64,000 nucleotides of DNA from Trichormus sp. ATA11-4-KO1 (GTDB lineage Bacteria; Cyanobacteriota; Cyanobacteriia; Cyanobacteriales; Nostocaceae): positions 81,223 through 145,222 of the forward strand of contig JAHHIM010000009.1 in the NCBI GenBank assembly GCA_019358915.1. Direction: 5' to 3'. Under the pieces are notes generated by a model that was not told the origin of the DNA, made no database searches, and saw only the letters and a list, made by a program, of their open reading frames with translations. Shown piece by piece: positions 21,017-29,189 of this stretch; position 1 is the stretch's first letter; each line of letters starts with the position of its first letter. The position numbers and the translations under genes are program-made.

Positions 21017-21338
21017 ATGAAATTAGCCGATATCCTCAAAGACTCAAATTACAAGCTGTCGCAGTTTACGATCGCTGAAATTGAGCAGTTAGAGCAAACA
21101 ATTACCCTCAAGGCAACCAAAAACGGTGAGGTTCCTTATACGGTTTGTTTGGTGCGCCAAAAAGCAATTAAGCTCACGCCAGAGGAGTCAATCCGGCAAT
21201 TATATTTACGAGTTTTGCGCGATCGCTTGCACTATCCCCTCAGTCGCATTCAGGTTGAGTATGGGGTGAATTTTGGGCGCGAGGTGAAACGGGCAGACAT
21301 CGTGGTCATGGATAAAGACCGTCCCAACACAGTTTATA
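21017..21338 (+). pseudogene. 5' fragment of a restriction-modification gene (HSDR_N-type nuclease domain of an R/M fusion), truncated by an IS remnant
   Basis: CLVRQKAIKLTPEESIRQLYL...IQVEYGVNFGREVKRADIVV is typical of HSDR_N_2. Homology ends where the IS terminus begins, and no methyltransferase domain follows. Confidence 0.75.
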
Positions 21339-21620
21339 GAACCCATTTGACATCTAAGAAGAGGCTGCAAGCCTCTGAACCATTAGCCGAATAAAACAAA
21401 GATTAACTTTGGCGGTCGCATTAGCTAAAGTTCGCTCAAAGTTCTTGACGAGAATTTTGCATCTCTCCATCCAAGCATTTGACCGTTCAATCACCCACCT
21501 GGCTGCAACCGGAACAAACCCAGATAGTCGTCAAGCGAGATGCCTGCTTTGGAGACTGTTTCACTCGTTTGAGAACTTGTTTTCCCCCTTCTCGTTCACC
21601 CATACTGGCAGATGTGACCC
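21337..21620 (-). mobile_element. Chimeric remnant of IS5-family transposases plus one terminal sequence
   Basis: Minus strand reads VTSASMGEREGGKQVLKRVKQSPKQASRLTTIWV, then in another frame SGFVPVAARWVIERSNAWMERCKILVKNFERTLANATAKVNLCFIRLMVQRLAASS* (RW.IERS.AW signature), ending ATGTCAAATGGGTTCTA. Confidence 0.8.
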
Positions 21621-22290
21621 TGACCCGGCTGAATATTACCAGCCAAAACAGCAAAAAGTTATGACAATCATGCGTCAGTCTGGTCTTTGTATTGGCAATG
21701 TTGTCTCACTTGCAAAGCGCAAATTTCAGCCTGATAAACAAGGCACTTTTAATTACATTGAAATTGGGAATCTCAACGGAGAAGGCTTTGCTAATAGTGA
21801 AGTAGTAGCAATGGAAGAAGTCCCCAGTCGAGCGCAGTGGATTGTCAAAACTAACGATGTAATTACGTCAACCGTTCGCCCCATTCGCCGACTCTCAGCC
21901 CTGATTGAACCAGAGCAAAACAATTACATTTGTTCATCTGGTTTTGCTGTTCTCAAACCAACCAAAATAGAGCCAGAAGTTTTACAAGTTTATTTGCGAT
22001 CGCCCATTGTATGCGAAATCCTTGATCTTCATACAACTGCCAGTATGTATCCGGCAATTTCCACTGAAGACTTGTTAAATATTCCGATCACGTTGCCGAA
22101 AGAATCTACTCGCCAGAAAATCACAGAAAAGGTCAGAGCATCTCGCAAAGCGCGGGAGCAATCTAAACAACTGCTAGAAATTGCTAAAACTGGAGTAGAA
22201 CGGGCAATTGAGACTGATGAAGCCGCAGCCACAACTTGGATGAACCAGCAACTTGAAGCATTAGGCATCACCCTAACTGCTACCACTTAA
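21621..22290 (+). pseudogene. 3' part of a restriction-modification specificity (HsdS-like) subunit
   Basis: AEYYQPK, FNYIEIG, PSRAQWIVKTNDVITSTVRP, CSSGFAVL, SMYPAI, C-terminal helix SKQLLEIAKTGVERAIE. The N-terminus is replaced by IS sequence. Confidence 0.8.
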
Positions 22291-22307
22291 ACCATCTGGG
22301 AGTAATC

Positions 22308-22550
22308 ATGAAAGCACTTAAAGTTATGGCAACGATTAACGATCAGGGACAACTAACTTTAGATTATCCGCTTTTAACTGATAAAAATAGCCGAGTAGAA
22401 GTCATTGTGCTAATCCCTGAAGTAGAAGAAGTTCTGGATGATTCATCTCAAGCAGAAGTCTTAGCAGATTTCCAGCAAGCTTGGCACGAAGCCATGACTG
22501 GGCAAACTATCCCGGTGGCTCAACTTTGGGAAGGTCTTGAAGATGGTTGA
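22308..22550 (+). CDS. Putative type II TA antitoxin (RelN-like), orphan
   Basis: MKALKVMATINDQGQLTLD.PL...RVEVIVLIPE...QAWHEAMTGQTIPVAQLWEG. No toxin follows; the next repeat starts immediately. Confidence 0.65.
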   Translation: MKALKVMATINDQGQLTLDYPLLTDKNSRVEVIVLIPEVEEVLDDSSQAEVLADFQQAWHEAMTGQTIPVAQLWEGLEDG

Positions 22551-22643
22551 TCAGCTGAAGCCACAGCAACAACTTGGATAAACCAGCAAGTTGAAGCTAT
22601 TAGCATTAATTTATCAAATTAAACTTAATTTAATGGAGGCATA

Positions 22644-22853
22644 ATGTCTGAAATTACTTTAAACCCAGAACAACTCAAGGAAATCTTGAAAAGCGCGATC
22701 GTCGAATTGATTCGTGATAACCGTGAGGAAGTCTCTGAATTTTTGACGGAAATTATTGAAGACATAGCAATGGAACGGGCGATCGCAGAAGGTGAAACAA
22801 CTGACCTGATTAGCCGCGACTCCATTTTTCAACTTTTGGAGCCGAAATCGTGA
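22644..22853 (+). CDS. Putative antitoxin
   Basis: Good RBS (GGAGG); EIIEDIAMERAIAEGE motif; GTGA overlap with a RelE-like gene. Confidence 0.7.
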   Translation: MSEITLNPEQLKEILKSAIVELIRDNREEVSEFLTEIIEDIAMERAIAEGETTDLISRDSIFQLLEPKS

Positions 22854-23116
22854 AAGTCGAGTTCAGAAAAAGCTTTGAAAAGGATTTGGGTAAGATTTAA
22901 GATGAGGACTTGCTCCTGAGAATTAAAACTGTAATAGAAGAAATGGAAACTGCTGAAAGTCTCTTGAAGATCAGCAACATCAAAAAACTTAAGGCAGATG
23001 GAAATTACTACCGTATCCGAGTTGGTGACTATCGAATTGGTTTTGCCGAAGACGAAAATATAATTACCTTTGTTCGTGTATTACATCGCAAGGAAATATA
23101 TCGATATTTTCCATAA
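22850..23116 (+). pseudogene. RelE/ParE-family toxin with an in-frame TAA at 22898-22900
   Basis: GTG at 22850: MKVEFRKSFEKDLGKI*DEDLLLRIK...IKKLK...YYRIRVGDYRIG...RVLHRKEIYRYFP. Confidence 0.85.
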
Positions 23117-23233
23117 TGAATAACTACTGCTAGAAATTGCTAAAACACAAGTAGAACAGGCGATAGAGACTGATGAAGCGATCGCCACAACTTGGATAAA
23201 TCAGCAACTTGAAGTCTTGGGGGTAACGCTGAC

Positions 23234-23815
23234 ATGATGATGCAGGCTGAAGCAAAGAAAATCTATACACCCGAAGAGTATCTCGATTTTGAGGTGAATT
23301 CAGATATTCGGCATGAGTATATCAATGGAGAAATCATCCCTATGACTGGCGGCACTCCCGAACATAATGAAATTGCCAGTATTCTCAATGCCGCCTTAAG
23401 AGTCAGTTTGAAAGGGAAACCGTACAGTATTTTTGTAGCGGATCAACGGCTTTGGATTCCCAATCGCACGCTTTATACCTACCCGGATGTCATGGTTGTC
23501 CCCCGCCCACTTGAACGACAACAGGGACGAACTGATACAATTACTAACCCGGTGATGATCGCCGAAGTGCTTTCAAAATCAACCAAAAGCTACGATAGAG
23601 ATGAAAAATTTTCAGCGTATCGTACCATTCCAACATTTCAAGAGTATTTATTGATTGATCAATATACTGCTCATGTTGAGCAATACTCCAAAGCTGACTC
23701 CCATAGATGGATCTTTACTGAATATGACGATACAGAATCTTATATTTCACTCTCATCGATTCCCTTTGAAATTCGTTTAGCAGATATCTATGAAAATATT
23801 GAATTTGAGCCATAG
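23234..23815 (+). CDS. Uma2 family (DUF820) endonuclease-like protein
   Basis: YTPEEYL...RHEYINGEI..MTGGT..HN, YPDVMV, IAEVLS.ST..YDR..KF..YR. Confidence 0.92.
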   Translation: MMMQAEAKKIYTPEEYLDFEVNSDIRHEYINGEIIPMTGGTPEHNEIASILNAALRVSLKGKPYSIFVADQRLWIPNRTLYTYPDVMVVPRPLERQQGRTDTITNPVMIAEVLSKSTKSYDRDEKFSAYRTIPTFQEYLLIDQYTAHVEQYSKADSHRWIFTEYDDTESYISLSSIPFEIRLADIYENIEFEP

Positions 23816-23920
23816 TGGAAATTGCTAAACCACAAGTAGAACGGGCGATAGAGACTGATGAAGATAAGGCAACCACTTGGATAAATCAACAGCTTAAAGC
23901 ATTAAATGTTGAAATAAGAG

Positions 23921-24181
23921 ATGAAAGAAATTCGCTTTAGCGATCATGCTCAATTAAAAATGGAGGTTTTAGCGAGTCATGAAATAAGCGTCGATCCCAA
24001 CTTTGTAATAGAGACAGTGCGATCGCCAGACAAGCTAGAAACTGGTGAAGTGGATAAACTGATTGCACAAAAGCGTTTAGACGAAAATTTAGTGCTTCGA
24101 GTCGTTTACCGAGAATTCAATGCTTTCATTTTGATCGTCACCCTTTATCCTGGCAGGAGGTCTAGATATGAAAAAGATTAG
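23921..24181 (+). CDS. DUF4258-like putative toxin
   Basis: IRFSDHAQLKM...LRVVYRE...IVTLYPGRRSRY; overlaps a DUF2283-like gene. Confidence 0.7.
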   Translation: MKEIRFSDHAQLKMEVLASHEISVDPNFVIETVRSPDKLETGEVDKLIAQKRLDENLVLRVVYREFNAFILIVTLYPGRRSRYEKD

Positions 24182-24362
24182 CTACAGCAAAGATGTTGAT
24201 GCTCTATTAATTGAACTTTCCAATGAGCCAATTGCCTATGCTGAAGATGAAGGACAAGTGATTTTGCATTATTCTCAAGATGCCAAGCTAGTTTTAGTTG
24301 AAATACTAGACTTTCGACGCTTGATGTCAAATGAAACTGTGACTGCATTGTTAGCCTCCTGA
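24168..24362 (+). CDS. DUF2283-like putative antitoxin
   Basis: MKKISYSKDVDALLIEL...VILHY....LV.VEILD. Confidence 0.75.
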   Translation: MKKISYSKDVDALLIELSNEPIAYAEDEGQVILHYSQDAKLVLVEILDFRRLMSNETVTALLAS

Positions 24363-24464
24363 GAAAATTGCAAAAATAGGAGTAGAACAGGCGATAGAGA
24401 CTGATGAAGCGACAGCCACAACTGGGATAAACCAACAACTAAAAGCCTTTGAGGTAGAAATGCC

Positions 24465-24761
24465 ATGAAGATTACTGCAATAGATTTGCCAATGGATCAG
24501 ATTCGTGAGTTTTGTTACAAGTGGCAAGTTACCGAATTTGCCTTGTTCGGCTCCATTTTACGCGATGACTTTCGCCCCGAAAGCGATATTGATGTGCTGC
24601 TCACCTTTTCTGCAACTGCGAAACGGGGCTTAAGCGAAACTCTGCAAATGCGCGATCAATTGCAAGCTATTTTCAACCGCCCTGTAGATTTGATTGTAAA
24701 AACCGCGATCAAGCGCAGTGAAAACTGGCTCAGACGTAAAAATATTTTGAATCCGCACTAG
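24465..24761 (+). CDS. Minimal nucleotidyltransferase (MNT) antitoxin
   Basis: FALFGSILRDDFRPESDIDVL...RPVDL; the C-terminus may be frameshifted. Confidence 0.85.
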   Translation: MKITAIDLPMDQIREFCYKWQVTEFALFGSILRDDFRPESDIDVLLTFSATAKRGLSETLQMRDQLQAIFNRPVDLIVKTAIKRSENWLRRKNILNPH

Positions 24762-24767
24762 TCATCT

Positions 24768-24840
24768 ATGCCGCGTGACCAAGAATCTCTGATCGACATC
24801 GCCAATGCCATCAGGCGCAGCTTACGCTATGCAGATGGGG
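24768..24840 (+). pseudogene. 5' fragment of a HEPN/DUF86 toxin truncated by a repeat element
   Basis: MPRDQESLIDIANAIRR follows the MNT gene; sequence then switches to a CTTTGCGC repeat/MITE-like end. Confidence 0.65.
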
Positions 24841-24844
24841 TTTT

Positions 24845-24912
24845 TTCTTTGTACCTTTGCGCCTTTGCGCCTTTGCGCGAGATAAATTCATATTTTCAAT
24901 CAGCAACGCCAA
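24845..24912. mobile_element. MITE/REP-like element end (...TCAGCAACGCC family)
   Basis: ctttgcgcctttgcgcctttgcgcgagataaattcatattttcaatcagcaacgcc; similar to 49015-49064 and to the terminus at 53632-53713. Confidence 0.6.
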
Positions 24913-24999
24913 AAATTGTTGGGTGGGATGTTTGCTTTAAGTTTTTCAGAAAATAATTGTATATCAAAGATTGAGTAAGAAATTGAGCCACTGGACTAC

Positions 25000-25245
25000 C
25001 TAAATTTCCACCAAAGAGCGAACACTTAAAATTTCATGATTTCGCAGTGGTTTAATATCAGATATGGGAACAATGACAACAGCTATTGATTCACCAGTTG
25101 CATTGAATACTTCTAAAACACATCCTTGTTCACCATTACTAGGATGAGGAACAAAATCAATTAAAGTTGCTACATCACCTTTTTTTAATTGATATTCATC
25201 TAAGTCACGATTTAAAGCGACACGCTGATATAGTTCAAAGTTCAT
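25000..25245 (-). CDS. DUF4926-like protein
   Basis: MNFELYQRVALNRDL....LKKGDVATLIDFVPHP..GEQGCVLEVFNA.GE; ATG at 25245. Confidence 0.75.
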   Translation of the reverse strand: MNFELYQRVALNRDLDEYQLKKGDVATLIDFVPHPSNGEQGCVLEVFNATGESIAVVIVPISDIKPLRNHEILSVRSLVEI

Positions 25246-25576
25246 TTGCAGACTCCTTGTTAGGTTTGAGGGTGATAAACTGAAACTTACCGTCAACAGC
25301 CCTTTGCAGCCAAACTGTAATCACTGCTAGGTTTCGCTGGTTTACCCCGATTAATTCACCAGTAACGCGATAGAACACCCCATATTCATTATCTCTATCT
25401 TGTATTGCTTCTGTTGAATCTGCCAGTTGCCGAATTGCTACTTTCAATAGTTCTGGGTTGTCTTGTGTAAATCCAGCTTGGGCGAGAAACTTTGATTGAT
25501 CGTCTTGTTCTCTCGGTACTAATAAGTAGCGGGTGATTTTTTCGTCGGCAATAATTGCATCAGGGGGAATTTTCAT
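25235..25576 (-). CDS. DUF6883-like protein (putative toxin partner of DUF4926)
   Basis: AIIADEKITRYLL...SKFLAQAGF...NEYG..Y...G.N...VITVW...FITLKP; overlaps the downstream gene. Confidence 0.7.
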   Translation of the reverse strand: MKIPPDAIIADEKITRYLLVPREQDDQSKFLAQAGFTQDNPELLKVAIRQLADSTEAIQDRDNEYGVFYRVTGELIGVNQRNLAVITVWLQRAVDGKFQFITLKPNKESANEL

Positions 25577-25622
25577 CTCTCATAACACCACAGCTTCCGG
25601 CAACACTTGATCTCTAATCAAC

Positions 25623-26258
25623 TTAAGTTAAGTCTCTTCTAATACGAGATAGTGCCTGTTGTAAACCTTCAGAGTGAATCCAACCAACAAAACCGCCGTA
25701 AATCATTCTGTCATTGCGATCGCCTAAAAAAACATGGTCAACACCAACGGGGTTTTTCCATGTTCTCACTACAGTTCCATCCCTCAGCCTCATGATGGGA
25801 TGAGAACTTACAAAATCTCTGTGGTGTGCGCGAGTCATTCCAGGAACACTTTCTAAAATGGCGATCGCTTCATTTGCATCATCTGTGGTACTAGAATTAA
25901 CCACCGTTGCACAACCGCATCCGTCCGTTACAGTCGTCTTGAGCCTATCTTTCATGTCGCCGTCGAATAGCGATAAAGACTCAATCTCTTCTAGCAATTT
26001 GCCATGTGGTTCAGTCTGTCGGCGCTGGCAGTAAATTTCTGTCAGAAAATCTTCTAAACTAACTTTAGCTAAAGCATCAGTAATCAAACCTGTCAGCCCC
26101 AAAACAGCAATTCCACCCAGCATCCCCGCAGGGCCACCCAGAAATGCTAAAGCTGCGGTAATAGCAGCAGCACCTGTAAAACCTGTAGTTGCCATTGTGA
26201 TTACCAAAATTACCCCAGGCAGACCCAATGCAGCTACTTTTTTGACGACTTCATCCAT
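25623..26258 (-). CDS. Hypothetical membrane protein with Gly/Ala-rich hydrophobic N-terminus
   Basis: ORF with probable start MDEVVKKVAALGLPG at 26258. Confidence 0.65.
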   Translation of the reverse strand: MDEVVKKVAALGLPGVILVITMATTGFTGAAAITAALAFLGGPAGMLGGIAVLGLTGLITDALAKVSLEDFLTEIYCQRRQTEPHGKLLEEIESLSLFDGDMKDRLKTTVTDGCGCATVVNSSTTDDANEAIAILESVPGMTRAHHRDFVSSHPIMRLRDGTVVRTWKNPVGVDHVFLGDRNDRMIYGGFVGWIHSEGLQQALSRIRRDLT

Positions 26259-26417
26259 TTCCTGCCACCTCAAGACAAGATTTACTCTGATGGTAGGGGT
26301 CACGCCAGTAGGAATACCATGCACCCATACCCATAATCTCGAACAGTCCATTTTGAATCTTGATGTAAATCCGTGGAATTAGACGCTGTTTTTGCTTTCG
26401 TGAAAGTTTCGTCAGTC

Positions 26418-26632
26418 AAAGTTACATTTTGTGAATATTTCACTAAAAATTGCGTCGCTTGACCGCTACCACAACATAAATCTAAAACGTGAGTATCTGA
26501 GTTAATTATTAAACCTTGTAAAGGTAGTTGGCGAAAACGGACTTCACCGCTTACAGTCAAGGCTGCTAACCAGGCGATCGCATCATATAGCCACTAATAA
26601 CGGTAACTTCAATCTCTGAAAATTGTTGCCAT
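26418..26632 (-). pseudogene. Class I SAM methyltransferase 5' remnant (two nonsense codons, truncated)
   Basis: MATIFRD*SYRY*WLYDAIAWLAALTVSGEVRFRQLPLQG...VLDLCCGSGQATQFLVKYSQNVT, after which homology is lost. Confidence 0.8.
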
Positions 26633-26725
26633 TGCATCTTTCCTGACTATAAAGCTTTATATTTAATAAAGATATATTGTTAACATTAGTAAAAAACCTG
26701 AAAAGATTGGGGGAAAGTAACTGCT

Positions 26726-27892
26726 ATGGGTCGTGTAGGCGTCTTATTACTCAATCTCGGTGGGCCTGATAAGTTAGAGGATGTTGGGCCGTTTTTGTAT
26801 AACCTATTTTCCGATCCGGAAATTATTCGCCTACCATTTCGCTGGTTGCAAAAACCCCTAGCCTGGTTTATTGCCTCACGGCGAACCAGAACATCTCAAG
26901 AAAACTATAAGCAAATCGGCGGCGGTTCCCCTCTACGGCGGATAACAGAAGCTCAAGGGGAAGCACTGAAACAACAATTGGGTGATCTGGGACAAGAAGC
27001 CAATATCTACGTGGGAATGCGTTATTGGCATCCTTATACCGAAGAGGCGATCGCTCAGATTAGTCAAGACAACATTGAGCGTTTGGTAATTCTACCACTG
27101 TACCCGCAATTCTCCATTAGTACGAGTGGTTCTAGCTTCCGGCTGTTAGAAAAACTTTGGCAAGAAAACCCAAAACTTCAGCCCATTGAATACACTGTTA
27201 TTCCCTCCTGGTACAAACAACCAGGTTACCTCCAGGCAATGGCTGAACTGATAGCCCAAGAACTGGAACAATTTCCCAATCCCGATGAGGTTCATATCTT
27301 TTTCAGCGCCCACGGCGTTCCCAAAAGCTATGTTGAAGAAGCAGGTGATCCCTACCAGCAAGAAATTGAGGAATGTACTGCTTTAATTATGCAGACCCTC
27401 AATCGACCCAATCTCCATACCTTGGCTTACCAAAGCCGTGTGGGACCAGTAGAATGGCTCCAACCCTATACTGAAGATGCGCTCAAAGAACTAGGCGGAC
27501 AAGGTGTCAAAGATTTAGTCGTCGTGCCTATCAGTTTTGTCTCAGAACATATCGAGACACTACAAGAAATTGATATTGAGTATCGGGAAATAGCCGAAGA
27601 ATCAGGAATTCACAACTTCCGTCGCGCACCTGCTCCCAACACTCACCCGGTATTTATTCAAGCACTGGCAGACCTCGTGATTGATGCGCTAAAAAAACCC
27701 AGTTTCCAGCTTTCGCAAGCTGCCCAAATGAAAAAAAGGGTGAAAATGTACCCCCAAGAGAATTGGGAATGGGGTATGACTACTAGTGCCGAAGTTTGGA
27801 ATGGTCGTATTGCTATGCTGGGCTTCATTGCCTTAATCATTGAGCTAGTTACTGGTCATGGTTTACTGCACATGATTGGCTTGTTGCATTAA
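26726..27892 (+). CDS. hemH: Ferrochelatase with C-terminal CAB domain
   Basis: [44 protein letters not shown] motif [13 protein letters not shown]. Confidence 0.98.
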   Translation: MGRVGVLLLNLGGPDKLEDVGPFLYNLFSDPEIIRLPFRWLQKPLAWFIASRRTRTSQENYKQIGGGSPLRRITEAQGEALKQQLGDLGQEANIYVGMRYWHPYTEEAIAQISQDNIERLVILPLYPQFSISTSGSSFRLLEKLWQENPKLQPIEYTVIPSWYKQPGYLQAMAELIAQELEQFPNPDEVHIFFSAHGVPKSYVEEAGDPYQQEIEECTALIMQTLNRPNLHTLAYQSRVGPVEWLQPYTEDALKELGGQGVKDLVVVPISFVSEHIETLQEIDIEYREIAEESGIHNFRRAPAPNTHPVFIQALADLVIDALKKPSFQLSQAAQMKKRVKMYPQENWEWGMTTSAEVWNGRIAMLGFIALIIELVTGHGLLHMIGLLH

Positions 27893-27925
27893 ATCAAAAA
27901 TAAAATAGACATCTCCGACAAAAAA

Positions 27926-27953
27926 TGTAGAGACGTTCATGGAACGTCTTTAC
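27926..27953. repeat. GTAG-type REP-like palindrome
   Basis: tgtagagacgttcatggaacgtctttaca. Confidence 0.6.
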
Positions 27954-28048
27954 AAAGGAGATATAAATCAATTACCAAGCGTCACAGAACACCAAAATAG
28001 AGTCAAGCCTACTGTCAGCTACGCCAATGCCAAGGAGATGCGATCGCT

Positions 28049-28606
28049 ATGACTCAACTAAAACCTCAACTCACACTACAAGAATTCCTCGCCCTACCAT
28101 CCGGGGATATTACCTACGAATTAGTTGACGGCGAAGCAAAAGCAAAAATGGCACCAAAAAGATTCCATTCCAGATTAACCCTTGCTATTAGTCAACTTCT
28201 CATACTATGGGCACAAAATCGTGGTGAGATTGGTATCGAATGGGCAGTTACTTTAAAACGCCAAGGTCGCGATTGGGTTCCCGTACCAGACTTACTTTAT
28301 ATTTCCTATTCTCGCCTTTCTAATGAAGTAATTGAGGATGAAGCTTGTCCCATACCTCCAGACTTAGCCATTGAAATTATCTCACCCGACCAAACCTTTG
28401 GACAAATGAGCGCCAAAGCCACAGATTACCTCGATGCTGGTGTGATGAGAGTTTGGGTTGTGGATGCAAGAGCTAAAACAGTCACGATTTTTTATCCTGA
28501 TACCAGACCTCAAACAAAAACTGGTGTAGATAGTTTAGAAGATTCTCTATTTGAAGGGTTGCAAATTACACCACAACAAATTTTTCAACAAGCGGGAATT
28601 CCTTAG
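28049..28606 (+). CDS. Uma2 family endonuclease-like protein
   Basis: LTLQEFLALP...YELVDG, PVPDLLY, PPDLAIEIISPDQ, YLDAGV.RVWVVD. Confidence 0.92.
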   Translation: MTQLKPQLTLQEFLALPSGDITYELVDGEAKAKMAPKRFHSRLTLAISQLLILWAQNRGEIGIEWAVTLKRQGRDWVPVPDLLYISYSRLSNEVIEDEACPIPPDLAIEIISPDQTFGQMSAKATDYLDAGVMRVWVVDARAKTVTIFYPDTRPQTKTGVDSLEDSLFEGLQITPQQIFQQAGIP

Positions 28607-28714
28607 CGATCGCCTATTTCAAATTTCAGCAATAATTAAATTATTTAAAATCTAATATCCTATGGTTACGCTGCTGCTCAGACAGATTCGATTGCCTCTC
28701 ACATTAAGAAATGT

Positions 28715-28741
28715 AAAAACCCTACTCGGTATTGAGTAGGG
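28715..28741 (-). terminator. Intrinsic terminator downstream of the small ORF
   Basis: Minus strand CCCTACTC-aatacc-GAGTAGGG followed by TTTTT. Confidence 0.7.
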
Positions 28742-28782
28742 CTGTGTAAATATTTGTTTACTAAAATGAGCAGTTTTGATTT

Positions 28783-28887
28783 CTAAAACACGTTCATGAT
28801 GGCGATGATGCTGACACTGGTCAACATAATTAAAGCACCCATAACCATAGATACGCCCAACTGATTAGGAAGTTTTGAGTTATTCAT
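28783..28887 (-). CDS. Small 34-aa single-pass membrane protein, absent from the ORF track
   Basis: MNNSKLPNQLGVSMVMGALIMLTSVSIIAIMNVF*; upstream AAAGGA RBS; downstream terminator. Confidence 0.6.
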   Translation of the reverse strand: MNNSKLPNQLGVSMVMGALIMLTSVSIIAIMNVF

Positions 28888-29189
28888 TTTTAGTAAAATC
28901 CTTTTTTTGATGATTCTATTAACGTTATCAGTAACAGCATAAATATCTATAAAAGTACTATAAAACTTAAGAGATTGTAAATTTTCTTAGTAAAAACCGT
29001 AGTATTTACTTAAAAATTCGGTCATGTATATGTCTGAATTAGCAAAACTGACTTGAGCCTTTGTGTAATTACGGTTGACAAGTATCTAATGTATCTTTAA
29101 ACCCAATTGTGTAGAGGCGTAAAGCCAAATAATCAGTTCTCAGAGGTTATTAGTATGTTAGACAAAGAACAACTGACATCTGAGTAAAT

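Larger units (their letters stand above)
22171..24460 (+). repeat. Five diverged ~50-110 bp direct repeats of the hsdS 3' end (about 22171-22266, 22554-22604, 23124-23237, 23815-23910, 24362-24468) separating gene cassettes
   Basis: Shared core GAAATTGCTAAAAC..GTAGAAC.GGC.AT.GAGACTGATGAAG...GCCACAACTTGGAT.AA.CAGCAACTT.AAGC; copy 2 has only the 3' half. Confidence 0.92.

Noticed and set aside
21409..21620. N-terminal part of the 293-aa ORF as genuine protein
   Set aside because: It is the antisense of IS5 transposase remnants.
22171..24460. CRISPR array or integron attC interpretation of the direct repeats
   Set aside because: The repeats are about 100 bp, diverged, non-palindromic and protein-coding in origin. 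The spacers are whole genes, and there is no cas or intI gene in the window.
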